Shown: one piece after another, positions 26,149 through 41,019 of the stretch
Position numbering within the stretch: position 1 is the stretch's first letter
Layout of the letters: every line of letters starts with the position of its first letter
Origin: Hydrolagus colliei
Lineage: Eukaryota
Direction of reading: 5' to 3'
DNA length: 64,000 bases
Assembly (NCBI GenBank): GCA_035084275.1
Contig: CM068754.1
Location: 14,012,001 to 14,076,000 of the forward strand
Notes under the pieces: model-generated
The model's input: only the letters and a program-made list of their open reading frames with translations
The model's database searches: none
What the model was told of the DNA's origin: nothing
Translations under genes and position numbers: made by a program

Positions 26149-29100
26149 AATGTTTATGTGGAAACTTGACAAATGCAAACAAATGGAATGTTCTCACAAT
26201 CTAGCCTCACGCTGGATCACTTAATCCCCCAATTCTCAATACATATTGTTGTTATCTCTCCTCAACAGGTTACAAAAGTAGATTTACTGTTTGTTCTTTT
26301 ATTTTCAGTCTGCACTATGCTTTGATACATAATTTACTTCTGCAGCTATTCTCTCCTTGGTAATTTTCAGTCAAAACCTTTGACCTATTAAAGGTCTTGT
26401 CTACCTGCAGTATAGTTAAGCTCCTTTGTACGTTCTTTAACATGCGCGCCGGTATTGTATAATTCATGCTGAACTCAGTTTAGCACGGAAACTATTTTCT
26501 AAAACTGCCCAAGTTCATCAATTTCACATTAATCCTTTTTTTTTTCCACCATATTTTTGAAGTGTATGTGTAAGTGCAATTTACCAAATGCACTCACCCC
26601 TGATATACTACACAATACCTTATTTTGGCTCCCTTTGTAATTGGGAAGCCTCAGTGTGTTCTTGCTTTCAGCAATTAACCAGTAAAATTAATATTTTGCC
26701 ACCCATCTTAAACTGATATTACATAATCTCACTGCATTAAATTCATTTGAATGATGAATAATTTAAACTCATTCTTAGGGTTTAGGAAACAGAAGAACGT
26801 GTGTGAAGGTTGGGTATAATTGTGAATGTTATTGTTGAGTGCTATTTTGATAGGTATTGGTAACCCCTCAGCCATTCCTTCTAAGCTGGATAAGATAAAT
26901 ATTGTCTGAACCAAAATTATTTTTGCGAAAGTACGTAAAGTCTCTCTGGTACTGAACTGGCTCTGGAAAATAACTGGCAAAGAAACTAGACACTTATCTA
27001 ACCAATAATCTCCTCCAAGCTTTGTCTCTGTTTCACCAGTGTTCCTTATGTTGAGAGTGAGGTATAATTTGGAGGATTTCTTAATGGGAAATTAAAATGA
27101 ATAAAAAATGTAAATAAATAAAAAATCTAATGAAATTCCCATGGACCCATGGCGATTGTGTGGCAGAAGTAGATCAAGAATCATCATAACGTAATTCTGG
27201 TTATTAGAAGGAATACCCTTTGCATGACCCAAGGAATCCCATTAAGAAATAATGTCAATTAGGTTTCCAAATCTGGTTTGTCTTTGTACATACAGTATTC
27301 TGTTACTTCCACACCTTCTAAACAACATGAATAGATGTAGGAGATGTTTCTGTTTTCTCCTGGTGACAGTGAGTAATGGCATTTGTTTTCATGACAGTAA
27401 AATACCCATAGCTCAAAAGCACATCAGACAAAATGAGTTATAACAGCGTTTCACGCAAGTGAAAAAAACAACCGCAAATCATCATCATCAAATCATAGTG
27501 AGGCTGCAGGGCTAGTTTCCAAATATGGGTGAGAGGCACACACTGAATTCAAATTAATACACGCAAATCCACAAAGTGCTTTAGATTTTTGTGTGTGGAT
27601 GTTAGCCGGTGGACCCAAATACAAATGCAATGAAAATAACCTTAATAGAATGCAAAAATGTAAGTTTTTCCCTGCTCGAATCCCTGCGAACCAAGCTCAG
27701 AAATCTGATCAACAATCAACAAAAGGCAAAAAAGAATGTATTGATTGTCGTAATAGAAATGCTACCAGAGTTTAGTATCTTTTTTTATTTAAAAAAAACC
27801 CTTCATGTTTAGAGAGTGGCTCAGTGCTTATACAATATCCATCTTCTCCTTTGCAAGCTCATGAATTGGTTTGAACGAAGGCCCATTTTTCCTCATCCTT
27901 TTAGAACGCCTACCCTACCATCTTCCCAGCATAATATCAAGCTATCCTTTTAAATGAGTCCAGCATCCTGACCTCAGCCACCCTTTGGGTAAATAAACAC
28001 TTCCTATTAACTTTTCTGAAATTTCCTTTGCACTCTACACTAGTGTCTTGTTCCACTCAGTGCATCCATTCTCTCAATCCCATTTAAAATACATCCAAGC
28101 AACTGTGGACAAACCACATGGGATTTGTATATGAGTTCACATTAGTGTCTGAAATGATTCATTCAGGTCCAATTATTTCAGGTGAAATTAATTCTAAACC
28201 TGAAATAAATGGTATTAGCTTGAGCTAATTTCCAAATACCCGAGTCTTGGCTAATTCAGATCTAATGGATTTAGACTGCTTGTTGACATTTTTTTAAAAC
28301 AAAAGTTTATATGATCCTTGATGCTGCAGAAGTGAGAATAAAGAAGGCTGATTGGTGCTTTCATGGATTTTGCATCAAACTGAAAATATTACATCAAATC
28401 CATGTAAAAAAGAATTACAAATGCATTTACATCTCTCAAGGTGACTGTGTTTCCTCTAACCCATTGTGCCAGTAACCATCATGCTTTCCTTCACACTGAT
28501 GGCTAAAAATACCAAAACATTTAGCTGCTTCTTTATAAAAAGGGTTTTCCATTATAAAGAAAGGCACACAGCAAAAAGATGGAAATTTTAGCTTTCATCC
28601 AAGATGGTTCCTAATGTGTTTGTGACATGATCATTTTAAAACAAAATTGCCCAAGAGAACAAGTCATGTGAAATTTTACAGGTAATTACTGATAAATACA
28701 AATCCAGACCTGAACTAAATAGCTCTGAGACAGAGTGGCGAGCTCAAAATATTTTAAGTCAATATGCATTACCACATTTCTCAGTTTGTCATTGAGCTGG
28801 AGATTGGATTTGCAATTTAAGTGCTTTGGATTTAACTTAAATTTGGCTCAAGTTCAGCAAGGGGAGTGATTTGCTCATCACTATAATTTAACGCATTTAC
28901 ATTTAAAACACTATATAAAGCAGGTATTAATATGCTATTTGATGGCCTTTAGCGCTTACACTTAGAAATATGTGACTTTCCCTTTGATCCATGACTATTG
29001 CTGAATAAACAGTTGAATAATTCCATAAAAGCGATCTAAGATACTCCAGCAGAAAATTGAATTGCTAGAAGTTGGCTTTCAATCTTGCCTCTAAATCATA

Positions 29101-30784
29101 GAATCATAGAATTTTACGTTTAAATCATTTAAACATAAAGGTTGTGAAGCCAGTTTAAACGTTTATTCTGACATACTTTAAACAAAAACTATTTCACAGT
29201 CTTGATAGATCTGGAATTGTAAATGCATCTTCCTTAAGGTGATTTTAATGCATTTCTTCTCTATAAATGATTTTCAAAACCATCAAATTAATGTGTTAGA
29301 CTGAAAAGCAATTTACATTACAAATATATAAATGACACTTAAAATTCTGCACCCCATTTAGTTATTAAGTGGTGATCTGATAATTGTAACAGCAATCCAT
29401 TATTATACTTGTAGATTTAAATTAACTCACAATAAAGCCATAATTGATGCTCATTTTACATTTTTGGGGAAACAAGTCAAATAATATCAATTAAAGGCTG
29501 AATATTGGTACTTAGACTAAAATTACATGCAATGCTGACTTGCTAAAAGACAACGTGTCCACTTGGGAGGTATCTGATCCAAGAAAATAGAATACCAGCT
29601 GGATACCCAAGACTGGCCTGGATGTTGATCCATGGGATTATCTTCCGAGCTGCTTACAGTTCCCGAAACTGGATTCATCTAACATCAGTGAAGCAGTTCC
29701 TCGTTGAGAGAATGCATCTGAAATATTGTTGGTCCCCTTAGACTGTAAAAATAACACTGGAAACAGATTTATTTTAAAATACCTACACAGGTGAAAGTAC
29801 TTTGCATTGAAAGCACTCCAAGTGCATTTTCCAGCTGTTTTAAAGTAATGAAAACTATAAAATGGTGGAGAGTCAGTACAGAAACATGGTGGGGGGCGGG
29901 CAGGGGCACAGGAAGCATTCATTCCACTATGTATGCACTACAATATATAGAGCCATGGAAGGTTTAGGACCCTGAGTTCATGGTCTTAGTTGTATAGTTA
30001 CATACTACTCTTAAAAATAAACTTAGGAACTGTCAAGTGCAGGGTCTGTGTTGATGTGCATTTACATAGAGATATAAATACATAGCTTCAATGCTACTGC
30101 ACTTTGCAGCAAACTGTGTTTTCTTTGTGGACTGTAAAATTGTTTCAATGCTCCATCCGGGGATAGACACAAACCTTTTTGGATATTACTGTTCCCAACT
30201 ATGACAAGTAGGGCTGGGCTCTCCCCACAGTTCATGCCGTTTTAACATATTTTTCCAGCAAGTTTTACCAAGCCAATAAGCCAGTTGTTTGCAATTAGAA
30301 ACAGCTTGGTGTCCATATGGAAGATAGATTAGTGGGCAACATCAAGGTGAAGCTTTCTTGGCAGTGTAATTGATGTGGTATTCTCTTCACTGAAGAAAAC
30401 CTAACATTTGGCCACCCTTTGTCTATTGTTTCAATCTTTCCAATAGAATGCATGTCAATGCGTAGAAGATTGTACGATTAGCTAAGAACAATTTAAATTC
30501 TGATGACATCTATGAGAGAATTTGAGCCAAATATGCTTTCCTGAGGATCTCATTTTAGGATTTAGAATCGGTACGTTGTCATTCTCTTCAGACCAATTAT
30601 ATAGCTAACCAAATATACCACAGGAATTCATCTTCGCATTAAGAGTAGGATGCTGATGCTAATGGATTTCCTGGAAGGGCAGAAAGCAAGTAACTTTGTG
30701 CTGAATAATAAGTTAGCTAAATGGTTTGGCCTACTTAATTCTGTGTTGCATGTTAGAAGGTGTTCACTGTGAAGGTTTGGAAAT

Positions 30785-31210
30785 CGTAAGATCAGTTCAG
30801 ATGAAGAAGGCTCTTTTGGACTATCTGATCTCATCTTTCCCGAATAGCCACCCTACCATCCTTCTCTTAGAGAATTGAGCTGTTTTTTTGAACAATATTA
30901 TAAGATTGGGCTGGATAAAGAAAATCCTTTGGCCCATCCACTCAAATCACGTCAATCCCACCCTTCCCCACCTCACTGCCACCATTACTGCAAGCTCCTT
31001 TTTGAAATGTCTAATGTCCTGACCCTAATCACATTTCTGGCAACCTGTTCTAGTCGTGGTTTACCCTTTTAAATGAGTCCAGTAACTTAGCCTCAACCAG
31101 CCTTTCTGATAACCTGTTGGGTTAATAGCCATATTAAATATTTCCTGGTATCTGCCCAGAAATTGATCTTGCAATTCTTAACCTGTGTCTACGTGTTCTG
31201 CTATCTTGCT
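30785..31210 (-). mobile_element. Tandem old CR1-like 3' end fragments; related copies at about 27865-27995 and 53810-53895
   Basis: The loci share segments (ggctctttga/ggctcttttgg...ctatctgatctcatct...caccctacc, and ccttttaaatgagtccag). The family assignment is inferred. Confidence 0.55.
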
Positions 31211-34200
31211 AGTTGAATGCTTTTCTCTGGTTCTATTGTTTTGGCAATGTCTGTCTTTAATGTGAGTACTTTAAAAACAGGAAGTTACACAACGCAGCTA
31301 TACTACTTGTAGGTTACTTTCCAGTACTCACATTTCATGCATTGTGGAAACAACTATATATAGTGCATTGTTTCTTTATGTGAATATTACTGACCTAGTG
31401 TTACCATATATGATTATTCCTCTTATTAACTTGATTTTGGATTATAAAATATATACTGTTTCAATTAAATACTTATTCAGAAGTTCAATCTATGTTCAAA
31501 TTGTTCCATACAGTTGTAAGACCCCCCAAAATCGTAAAATGCCATGTAAAGTGTTACAGGTTTTGTAAACTTTTAGAATGCCACCCAGAAACAAAAATCT
31601 AATTTTGGAGCAAAATACAGTTACACCTTTCATTTATTTTTGCACATGGAATAGTAGCTACAGAGTTGACCTAAACCTATAATTCAGCTCAAAGGAAAGA
31701 TACATGGAGGTAAAAAAGCAAGGAGCTTTATTCTTCGTTTGGAACTGTATTAGTGTTCAAATGAAAGATGAGATGCTCTCTGCAAACACCATTTCTTCAT
31801 CCCTGTTAAAAACGGCCCAAAAATTCTTTGCCTTACCACAGCAGGCTGAGGTTTTAAGTTTTCATGCAAAACATATTTGAATAAAAAGAAACCACATGCA
31901 CATAAAAAAACACTGTTGTTAAATTTGGCCCCCGTTACATTAACAAAACCAAAAGGCCTCAGATAAATTGCTCTCTATTTTAGCACAGTAACTACATTAA
32001 AAGTAATAATGCAATCAATACTAAGCCTCGTACTCTTAACTCTTAAACCATGAAGCCCCTTAAATTATTTCTGAGTGCCGTTAAAGTAAAGCTAATTTAA
32101 AAAAAAAGCCCAACATTATTGGAGATTCCACAGCCAACTGATATTTAGTGAGTTTCTTGTCTAAAGCAGCATGAGAACAGTTATTCTACATGCTGTTATG
32201 ACCCTTAGTCACTTGTAAAAGCCACAGCTCCCCCATATGGTAATAAATGAGATAGACATTGGTTGGCTTTTTATCCTCTTGTTTTAAAGTGAGAATTTTT
32301 AGCTCAGAATATTATTGCTGCATGAAAAATAGTACTTTGAGCAATAATTAACCAAGTCTGTTTTTCCAACAACAGTTTAATCCACAATTTAATAAGTTGT
32401 CGCTGTTGAATAACAAGCATTAATACTGTATTGATATTGCCAGGATCTAAGCCACTTTGCTTCTGGCAGAATAATATTGTGGAAATGGAACACTGCCTTA
32501 TGCTTCCTGCTGAACATCTCGGTGGAAATAGGCCAATAAAATACCCAAACACCTGATGTAAGAGTTCTTTGCATGTGCAGTTTGGCATTCGTTGCAAAGC
32601 ACTGAAATCTAAGATTTAAAATTCCACCTCCTCTTAGCCAGCGAGAACATTTTATCCTAATTCTAAGATTGCGGGTTTTGTGAATTTGTAAGCTGGTTCT
32701 TTTTGTAAACTCTGGTAAAAAGGCTTCCAAATTATGATTCATTTAAAGAATTTTCCACAGCTATGAGCAATTTTAAAGTTTGAAACAATATATTTATATA
32801 GATTAAGATGAAGTGGAATTTTAGGCCTTGAGTATTAGTGTGACTGACTGTTTCTTAACTATATAAACATTTACAAGGAATAGCCTGAAAGTGTTTAAGC
32901 TCAATGCATGTGTTACGTATTGCAATACTACAACAACAACAGAATTACACTTCTATCACGCCTTTCACATCAGGAAGACGTCCCAAGGTGCTGGACAGTC
33001 ATTCTTTCAGACTAAACTAAATACTGTACAGTACTAAATACTAAACTGAAACCAGGGCACCAAAACAGATCGCTCTGTCTCTGTCCTCATTTCTCATTTA
33101 TATTGGATGGCAAATTACAGCAAAACAATGGTACAGTAATTTGTGCAGCATAAAATCAGCATCAATTAATTACTGATTAGAGATCAGTTCTCACCCCATT
33201 CTCTGACATTGAATTCAATTACTCCATAAGTGCTATATACACCAAAAGAACTTTCAAATAACAGAGATCAAGCCAAGACCAGAAAAAGTATCTCTTCTGG
33301 ATGCCAAGCAGGGAATGAAGCTACAGTCTGTCAAGGATAATTGTTGGTTTATAGTTTGTGCCTCCACAGATAGGAAAATGCCTTGTCTTTGAGCCTGTTC
33401 AAAAGCAGGACATGAATGAAAATAAACTGGTGATGTGATTAATGGTGGAGGAAGTAAGTGGGTCGTTTTAATTTGGGAACCATCATTTGATTGAAACCAG
33501 TTGACACCCAAGCTTATTCTTGACAGTATGGAATACTGTAAAGCGCTTTGGGATATGCCAGAATTTATTATTCTTGGAATACTCCTTGAACATTTTGTAA
33601 ATGCAATGCTTGTAAAGGAAACATTAACCACACTACTAAAGACAGTCAGTTCAACGTACACAGTAATATTGTTTTTAGGTAAGATTTAGAATATTATGGA
33701 TGGGTTGCAGTTTGTCTGTTTTCAATGAGTGGTATAGAATGCATGAATGATTGTGGTGCAATGCTTGCCAAATAACAAAACCAGCTGGTTCTTCATTGAG
33801 CAAATTCATAAAGCTGCATTGTTGGAACCTTAATAAAAATGAATAGCAGGATCACCACACCATCCATGTTGCAATGAAAAGGTGTGCACAGGCAATCCTT
33901 GATCATTAGATCAAGGATTAATAACCCCACAATTCTGCCATAAATCGAAAGAGATTTTTTTAAAAAAAAAAGTAGTCTATCAGACTTTCAGTCTGTTTTT
34001 CCGAGGTGTGTGGTTGAGCTCTGTGGTTAGCCATGTTTCTCTGGATAAATGCTGGTTCCCTTGAGATCAGGGAGTTGAAGCTAATAAAGGGACTCTATTT
34101 CAAAAGATGGTGAAAGTTCAGTGGCTTGGCAACAGAACCTCAATGCGCTGCTGCAAGCCATCAAATCTGGTGCTAAGTCCTTATTCACAAGAACTGGCTC

Positions 34201-37200
34201 AGGCTTTTTTGACATTGTAAGTGTGGCATTGAGGTCCCTGCGGAACTCGAGGAGCTTTTTGGACATATCTAGGCCCATGAATATTTATTAAACAAAGACA
34301 ATTTATCAGCCGTGGTAGAAAAGCTTGGAAGTAAAGGTAAAGAAAAGTTAGATGTTGCTCCCAGTATGTGCTTGTAAATGGTCCATTAAGATAATGAAAA
34401 ATGTTGATGGTTGGCCTCGCTTAATAGATTGCAATACATCATGTGCAAGACAACATTTCGCTTGGTTTGTGAGGTAGTCTCAGCCCGGGATAATCTTGCA
34501 AGTAAAGGCGAATACAAAAGTGACATTTATTGCTTTATGCATGAGAATCAGGGAACCTAACGGGGATGCAATAAATATTTGAAAAGTATTAACAAGGCAT
34601 CTACATTGTATTTGCACTGGGATCAAAATTTGTATGTGTTCTCAACATGAGCTGACAAATTAATTTTACTTAAACATATCAGGGTCAAGATTAGATAGGC
34701 AATCATTTTTGAACAGTTTTATTTAGAAATAAACTACTTTACTGTTTAAATCATTTTTGAAATCCTATATTGTTGGTAACATGGTTAAAAATAATAATAA
34801 TCGTTGCATTTGATGTCATGTCAGGAGGATGTTTTCAACGCACCCAACAGGAGTTAAGTAATAATAATAATCCTTGCTTTTCATATAACGCCTTGTCACA
34901 TCTTTGAAACGTCTCAAAGCGCTTGTTGGTAGGTTGGAGTTTGTGTGTGTGTGTGTGTGGGGAGGGGGGTGGGGGCGTTTATATAGACCTACTCTCGTAA
35001 ATGCTCTGACATACATGAAAACCGCTATGATTTTTCAAAAAGAAGACTTTTTACAAAGAGGGAATGCATACTGAAATATACTTCCATCTAAGCAGTGTTG
35101 TAAATTGGATCAATTTGGGATAATTTATGGATAGCCATATTTTTTTCACCCACATCTTCTAATAAAGTAGCAGTACCCTTGAGCGAATCAACAGAACATC
35201 CCTGCCAAGATAGGCAGAGCCAACATCTGTATCCCAACATTAATGTACAACTGTTATGTTGCAAGGGCTGTTATTTCTGGCTGGAATTAAAACCACATTT
35301 GGTTTAAAATAAAATATTCTTCGTTGGAGAGGCATCTTATCATTACTCAATGTGAGGGGCTTCAATTCCTATCAGTTGCAGGGATGCCTCCATGTGATTC
35401 CAGTGAAGGGGTGGGTGGAATATTTTTTACTGACGATGTTATTACTCTGCGGTCTCGTTTTATTGGCTATGTAGCATTGCCTCTGTATTAATTGGTGTGC
35501 ACCCAATCCAATCTGACTACCAGTCTAACGGGAGTGCAATGCATTTCACAATCTTGGGAGGACTTGCGGGTCAGAATTATCCTTGAGCTTTATCTTTAAC
35601 TTCCTGAGTATCAAAATGTAATGAGTCGCAAAGACACTGCACTGTATGGAAATTTAATAAAAATTGCACATTTCACATTCTCCACCATAAATCAATAACT
35701 GATGTTTTATATACTGTGAGCTTGTTAATAAATCCCATAACTATTTGCATGGCTTTCTTTGAAACTAAGGTAAAAAGGTCAATGTACAGTTTTTCACTAC
35801 AAGCTTATTAGAATCTGAGAGATAAACCTTCAGGAACAACCGTACTGTTTTATGTATAGCAGCAATTACAAAGAGAGCCAGATCAATACTTCATCCTAAT
35901 ATGAACCACAAATATTGCAGTGAAAATGTAATCAATAGTTTCTCACAATAAGACACACTGCTTTGGTGCTTTGGCCGTCATTAGATGTTTAAAGTGACGG
36001 AAAATTGATTTTATAAATGAGAAATTCAATACAGAACTAAACTGGTTGCAACATTTAACTATAAATTAAAAACTGAAACAATGTTTTTGCCACTCTGCAT
36101 ATTGAAATGCCTCGCCCGTCTATGCTATTTCCTCATGACTAATACAGTTTACGCTTTATCATTTATTCACATGATGAAATCAAAGTCATGGAGCATTAAC
36201 CCTGGAATCAAAGGATTTCTTCTTGACAAACATGTAATAGATCAGGTCCGTTCTGTTTTAACAGCAAAATCTTCTGATAACGGACCCCTGTCAACACACT
36301 TTTCAAAAGCGCTTTTAAACTTTAAATAAACTTTCTGCTGCCTTGATGAGATTCTTATTTTCCCAACGTGAGTATTTGCAAATGATCAATGTCACCCAAA
36401 CATTAAAAATAATTGAGCAAAGTTTTGAGTAACATATAGTCTCAGCAAACCAGATGTTTCACAAATCTGATCCTTATTGTTACTGGAAGCAAAGACTTGG
36501 AGAGCCACGTAGTAATGGCCTAGTCAGAGATTTTCCACATCATGATGTATTGCTTTAGAAAATCTCTGTGGAATTTTACATATTTACGTAGGATTTGGCC
36601 AACCAAGGTTCGCTATTAATTCCTCGACCATTACAAGTATATCCGACGCTTGAACAGCCTGTTGTATTTTGGTGTCCTCTCTGGTTACAGCACTCATTCT
36701 TTCCTCTGACAGATTGCATACTGACACCGCTCTGCAAAGCCAGTTTGCTCAGTAAATTTCACAGACCTCTTACTGATGCACTGAAGAGTGTGTCCCAGTT
36801 TATTCGGGCAATACAAGTGAACTTTCAGCATTTCAATGCTCTTTCAATAACTGACTGTTTGGATTTACCGAGCTCATTACCTGTGCTGCAACATTTTATG
36901 GATTACACAGTACAGTCCTCAGCCATCATCAGTTAATGCCACATCCATGATTTCCATCTAAGCATCTCTCTTAAAAAATTCTGGACCCAGTAGATTAAGA
37001 ATGAATGAGTCATGTGTTGTTCCTGAGTAATTGGTACAGACACATATAATAATATTCTGAACATTGCACACCACCTGGACAGTCATTGAATGGAATATTT
37101 CACATGACTGAACTCTGAGTAGGTGTACAGATCTTGATATTCATGCAATCAACGCCATCAAGTATCGTTGGGAAAACTGGCTACCTAGAACACTTTTGTA

Positions 37201-37730
37201 TCCCAGCCTGCTGCTCCTCTGCTTTCAAGGGGGTGTGGGGACAGAGAGAATATGTATAAGAGAAGCTCTCATTTAACAGTGCATCAATGACCTTTAAAAT
37301 TAGATGTCACATTTATTTAGATGCCAGGGATACTGCTCCACAAGGTTTGATGTGTCTGTTCTCTGTAGTAGCTTGGATTTTGCAGCTTTTTTGCCTCAGA
37401 AGTGTCTATGAGAAGGAAGAAGATATGATCCCAAACTCCCAGAGGCAAAGTGAATGGGGTGTGTTTTATTTTCCATCCCTTGTGATCCAGTGGGATGAGG
37501 TAGCATATGCTGAATGCCTGGCAAACTTAAGGCACAACTTATCTGATTCTTTAGCGGTCATTTCTTTTTGCGTATATGGATGAAAACCTTACCACGTTTA
37601 CACTGTTTTCTTTGAGGAAAGAAAAACTGCTCTCTCAAACATTGCACATGCCTTGAAAATATATGCCAACCAATCAAATGATATTTTTTAGGGGTAAAAT
37701 GCACCGTATTTGTGACGTGATACTTATAAC

Positions 37731-38058
37731 TTAGAACTTCAGCAGACTCAGGCCTGAGACGCGTCCACCGCCCTAACTGCCCAACTATCGGCGGCCGGGC
37801 TTTCAGCCTCTCTGCTCCTATACTGTGGAACTCCATCCTGCAGCCCCTCTGCCTCGCTTCCTCCCATTCCTCCTTCAAGGCCGGTCTCAAGACCTTCCTC
37901 TTCGGCCGCGCCTTCGGTTCCTCCACTAAATCTTCCCCCTCTCCTTCCCCCTAACCCGATCCTCCCCCCACCCCTGCTCGGGTCCCAACCTGACTGTTCA
38001 GCGCTTTGGCACGTCCTCCCAATCAGAAAGGCCCTTTTAAGTGCAATTTGTTGTTGTT
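37731..38058 (+). mobile_element. L2 LINE 3' end
   Basis: Plus frame reads PTIGGRAFSLSAPILWNSI...SFKAGLKTFLFGRAF, the L2 ORF2 C-terminus. Followed by the tail ctgttcagcgctttggcacgtc...(TTG)n. Confidence 0.9.
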
Positions 38059-41019
38059 ATAATTCGTGGTATTGTGACATATTCCAACAGTTTGTGCGAA
38101 GATAATGTGTCTTTCCCAATATGTATGGTCTCCTGTGACTTTATTTGGCCACTACTCTACCCCCCCACACCCCCCCTCCACCCCCCCACCCCCTTACCTA
38201 TGGGCTTCCTTGCCTTTACAGTATGTTAGGCTGTAATCCCTTTCCCTCCTAGGCCCAATTTTCCTTCATGCATCATCACAACATTGATGCCTTTAGGGCT
38301 TTCCTTCCCCCCTTCCTCCAGCTGCTGCTTCTACTACCAAAGTCAGTCTTTCCTTTGTCTGCTTTGACACATCCAAGAACTCAAGGTGCTCCTCATAACC
38401 TTCACTGAATCAATGCCACCTTCCTACCCAACCCCCACCAGCCACCTTACAAAACGACATATAACCTTTAAAAACATGTGAAGGTTCGACTACTTCACAT
38501 TCTTTATATACAGATTTCTCCTTATTAACGTCCTGAACTTCATCTATCCTGAAATTGTCAGGTGCACTAAAGGTTTCCGTACAATACAGCAGTTCATCAT
38601 TGTAATTACTACCTTTAGACATCTCGGATTTTAGCTTGAATTAATGAGCAAAGGCATCAGAAGACACCACGGTCCAGTTAGATTAAGATCAACTGCTCTT
38701 TTCCAGCTTTTGATTTCATTAAACTCACAACGTTGACCACATCGATTCGCTTCTCTTCCCACTCCCAAGTCCCTAGAGCCTTAAATATATATTTTTTAAC
38801 ATTTGAACACCCACATTTTTGGTTCTTCACTAGTGTTTTTTCTATCCTCTCCCTTCTTCCCTCTCTTTCTCTCTTTCTTTCGCTCCCTTGTCACTGATAG
38901 GTTTTGAAATTCAAAGTTCATCTCCAAAACAAATTTGCCGCAGAAAGTCCCAGAGCGTTCTGCCAAATGTTTAGTTAATAATAATAGTTTAGTTGGCAGA
39001 TGTTAATTTAACATGAGTTCATGAGTGCTGACACAGCAAGTCATTTTGTCAAAACAAAATACTGCCCCTGATATTTCCTTGGCCTGATGAAGATAAGATC
39101 TGTGTGTTGTTGGCAAGCTTCCATTTACTGTACATGCATACCAGCAACTCAAAGTGTGCATCATTATCATGATCATAGTAGTAATGAATAATCCTTGCAG
39201 TTGATGTAGTACCTTCAACATGTTAGAATGGACGTCTCACAGGATTTACTTTGAAGTGTGAGGAGTGTGTATTTTGTAGGAGAATTTTGCGCACAGCAAT
39301 GTTCATCCGCGAGCAGTCATGAAGTGAGCGACCAATTTTATTTAGGGCATTATTGGCCATGACACCGGGAGAAACTCCATTCTCTTAATGAACAGTGCCT
39401 GATCTCAACCTCAGTAGTATATACCCTGTGCCAACTTTACTGTGCCAACTTGGATTTTGTTTCTCCCCCCCTAACCCAATTCCCACATTAGCCATTAGAA
39501 TAATTCGGAACAAGGTTTTTTAATTTAATGACATTTTGTGATAAATTGTGAGTAGTGTAATACTGTGGACCATGCACATCGGGCTCAGACAATCTGAATT
39601 AATTTCACACAGGACCCTTTCATTTTGCAGACAGAGACTTTCATCCAATCAGGCTTGGCTGCATTTTGAGCTCTAGTCCCAGAGGCGAAATTGTTTTTTC
39701 CAATTCCCTGTACCACTCAGTCCCAAACTATACTGTCTTACCACATGCATATAATTAAATATGTGATGGGGACGGATGCCCAGAGCGAGATTGGAACAGT
39801 TTACTGATGTTCTAAATCTACGACACAAAAGTTCTGAGTGAGCCCAGGCTTTACTGCACACAGTTTGCCCATGGCTAAAAGAAGAAAATCAACTGTGAGT
39901 TAACAAATGGCCTTGTCGTGCCCCCACTGCTTGGAAGCTCTGTGTACATCATTAGTACACATGGGTAAACTATCAATTAAAAATTGTTTGCGGCAGCCCC
40001 CAAAAGCGCAATTACAATGCGCATATGTAACCATGGCAAGAATGTAATCGTGCTTTCACACATTGTGAATACAGCCCTCACAGCTAGGAAAATGTCATCC
40101 AAAAAGTTCAAATAATGCTAAATCTAATTGCTGGTTTTCATTAAAGATTATGGGTTTGAGGGATTTTTTTTAAAAAAAGAATAAAGTGCCTTCTCACAAC
40201 CCTTGAGTTTTTTTTAGACATCAATGATTATGACCTATACTGGCTCACATACCCATTTGCACCTCCTGGATCAAGGTTTTCCAGCCTTATTCCAGTGCAA
40301 GGCATACCTGGACACCTCCTGTTAATAAAATTACAGGATCAGACCGTAGTTATCATCCAGGGCACGTGATCTGTTTGAGTAGCAGCACCAGTAGATATAC
40401 TCAAAGAAACATGCTTTCCGTGAATCATCAGTCTTTACCCACAGGCAAAACAGACACTGTTAATGCCGGCCCGCTGTTAATGCTGCTGGTAAAGGGATGC
40501 TCACTGCCAAAACGAGAATTTATTAGGCAGATTTTAAACATTAAAGAAAGATTGATTAATGCGGAGTTTACGCTGCACATTTGGTGCCACAAGACGTGCA
40601 GTCTACTAGGCTTTAGCTGGCATGAATCCTACAGCTGCCCTCCTCTTGACACCACCATAGAAGGTAGTTATAGGAGTCACATTCTCCCCAAGTGGAGTAT
40701 AGAAGTGTTGTTTGTGTGAATTGACACTGGGCACACTCCAATGTGGCCTGTCTTTAATGCTGTACACCAGCATTAATATTGTATTTCTGTTTAGGAACTA
40801 ACAAGAACATATTTCCCCTGAGTTTGGTGCCATCTATTATATTAATTACCAAGTGCAAAGACAGCAAATCCAGGTCATTTATGTTTGCTGGGAACAAACA
40901 TAAAGCCCAGATGCTGAATTGAATACCCATCATTTCTAATTAGCTCTCTTAATGCAATTCCCTGCTTCCCTCCCTTTGGTGAGTTACTAATCCAAGTCCA
41001 CGTCTTACACGGCAGTGTG

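Noticed and set aside
33894-33919. Perfect 11-bp hairpin aatccttgatc-atta-gatcaaggatt, and a 10-bp palindrome at 46345-46366
   Set aside because: Too short for a pre-miRNA, and plausible by chance in 64 kb of AT-rich DNA.
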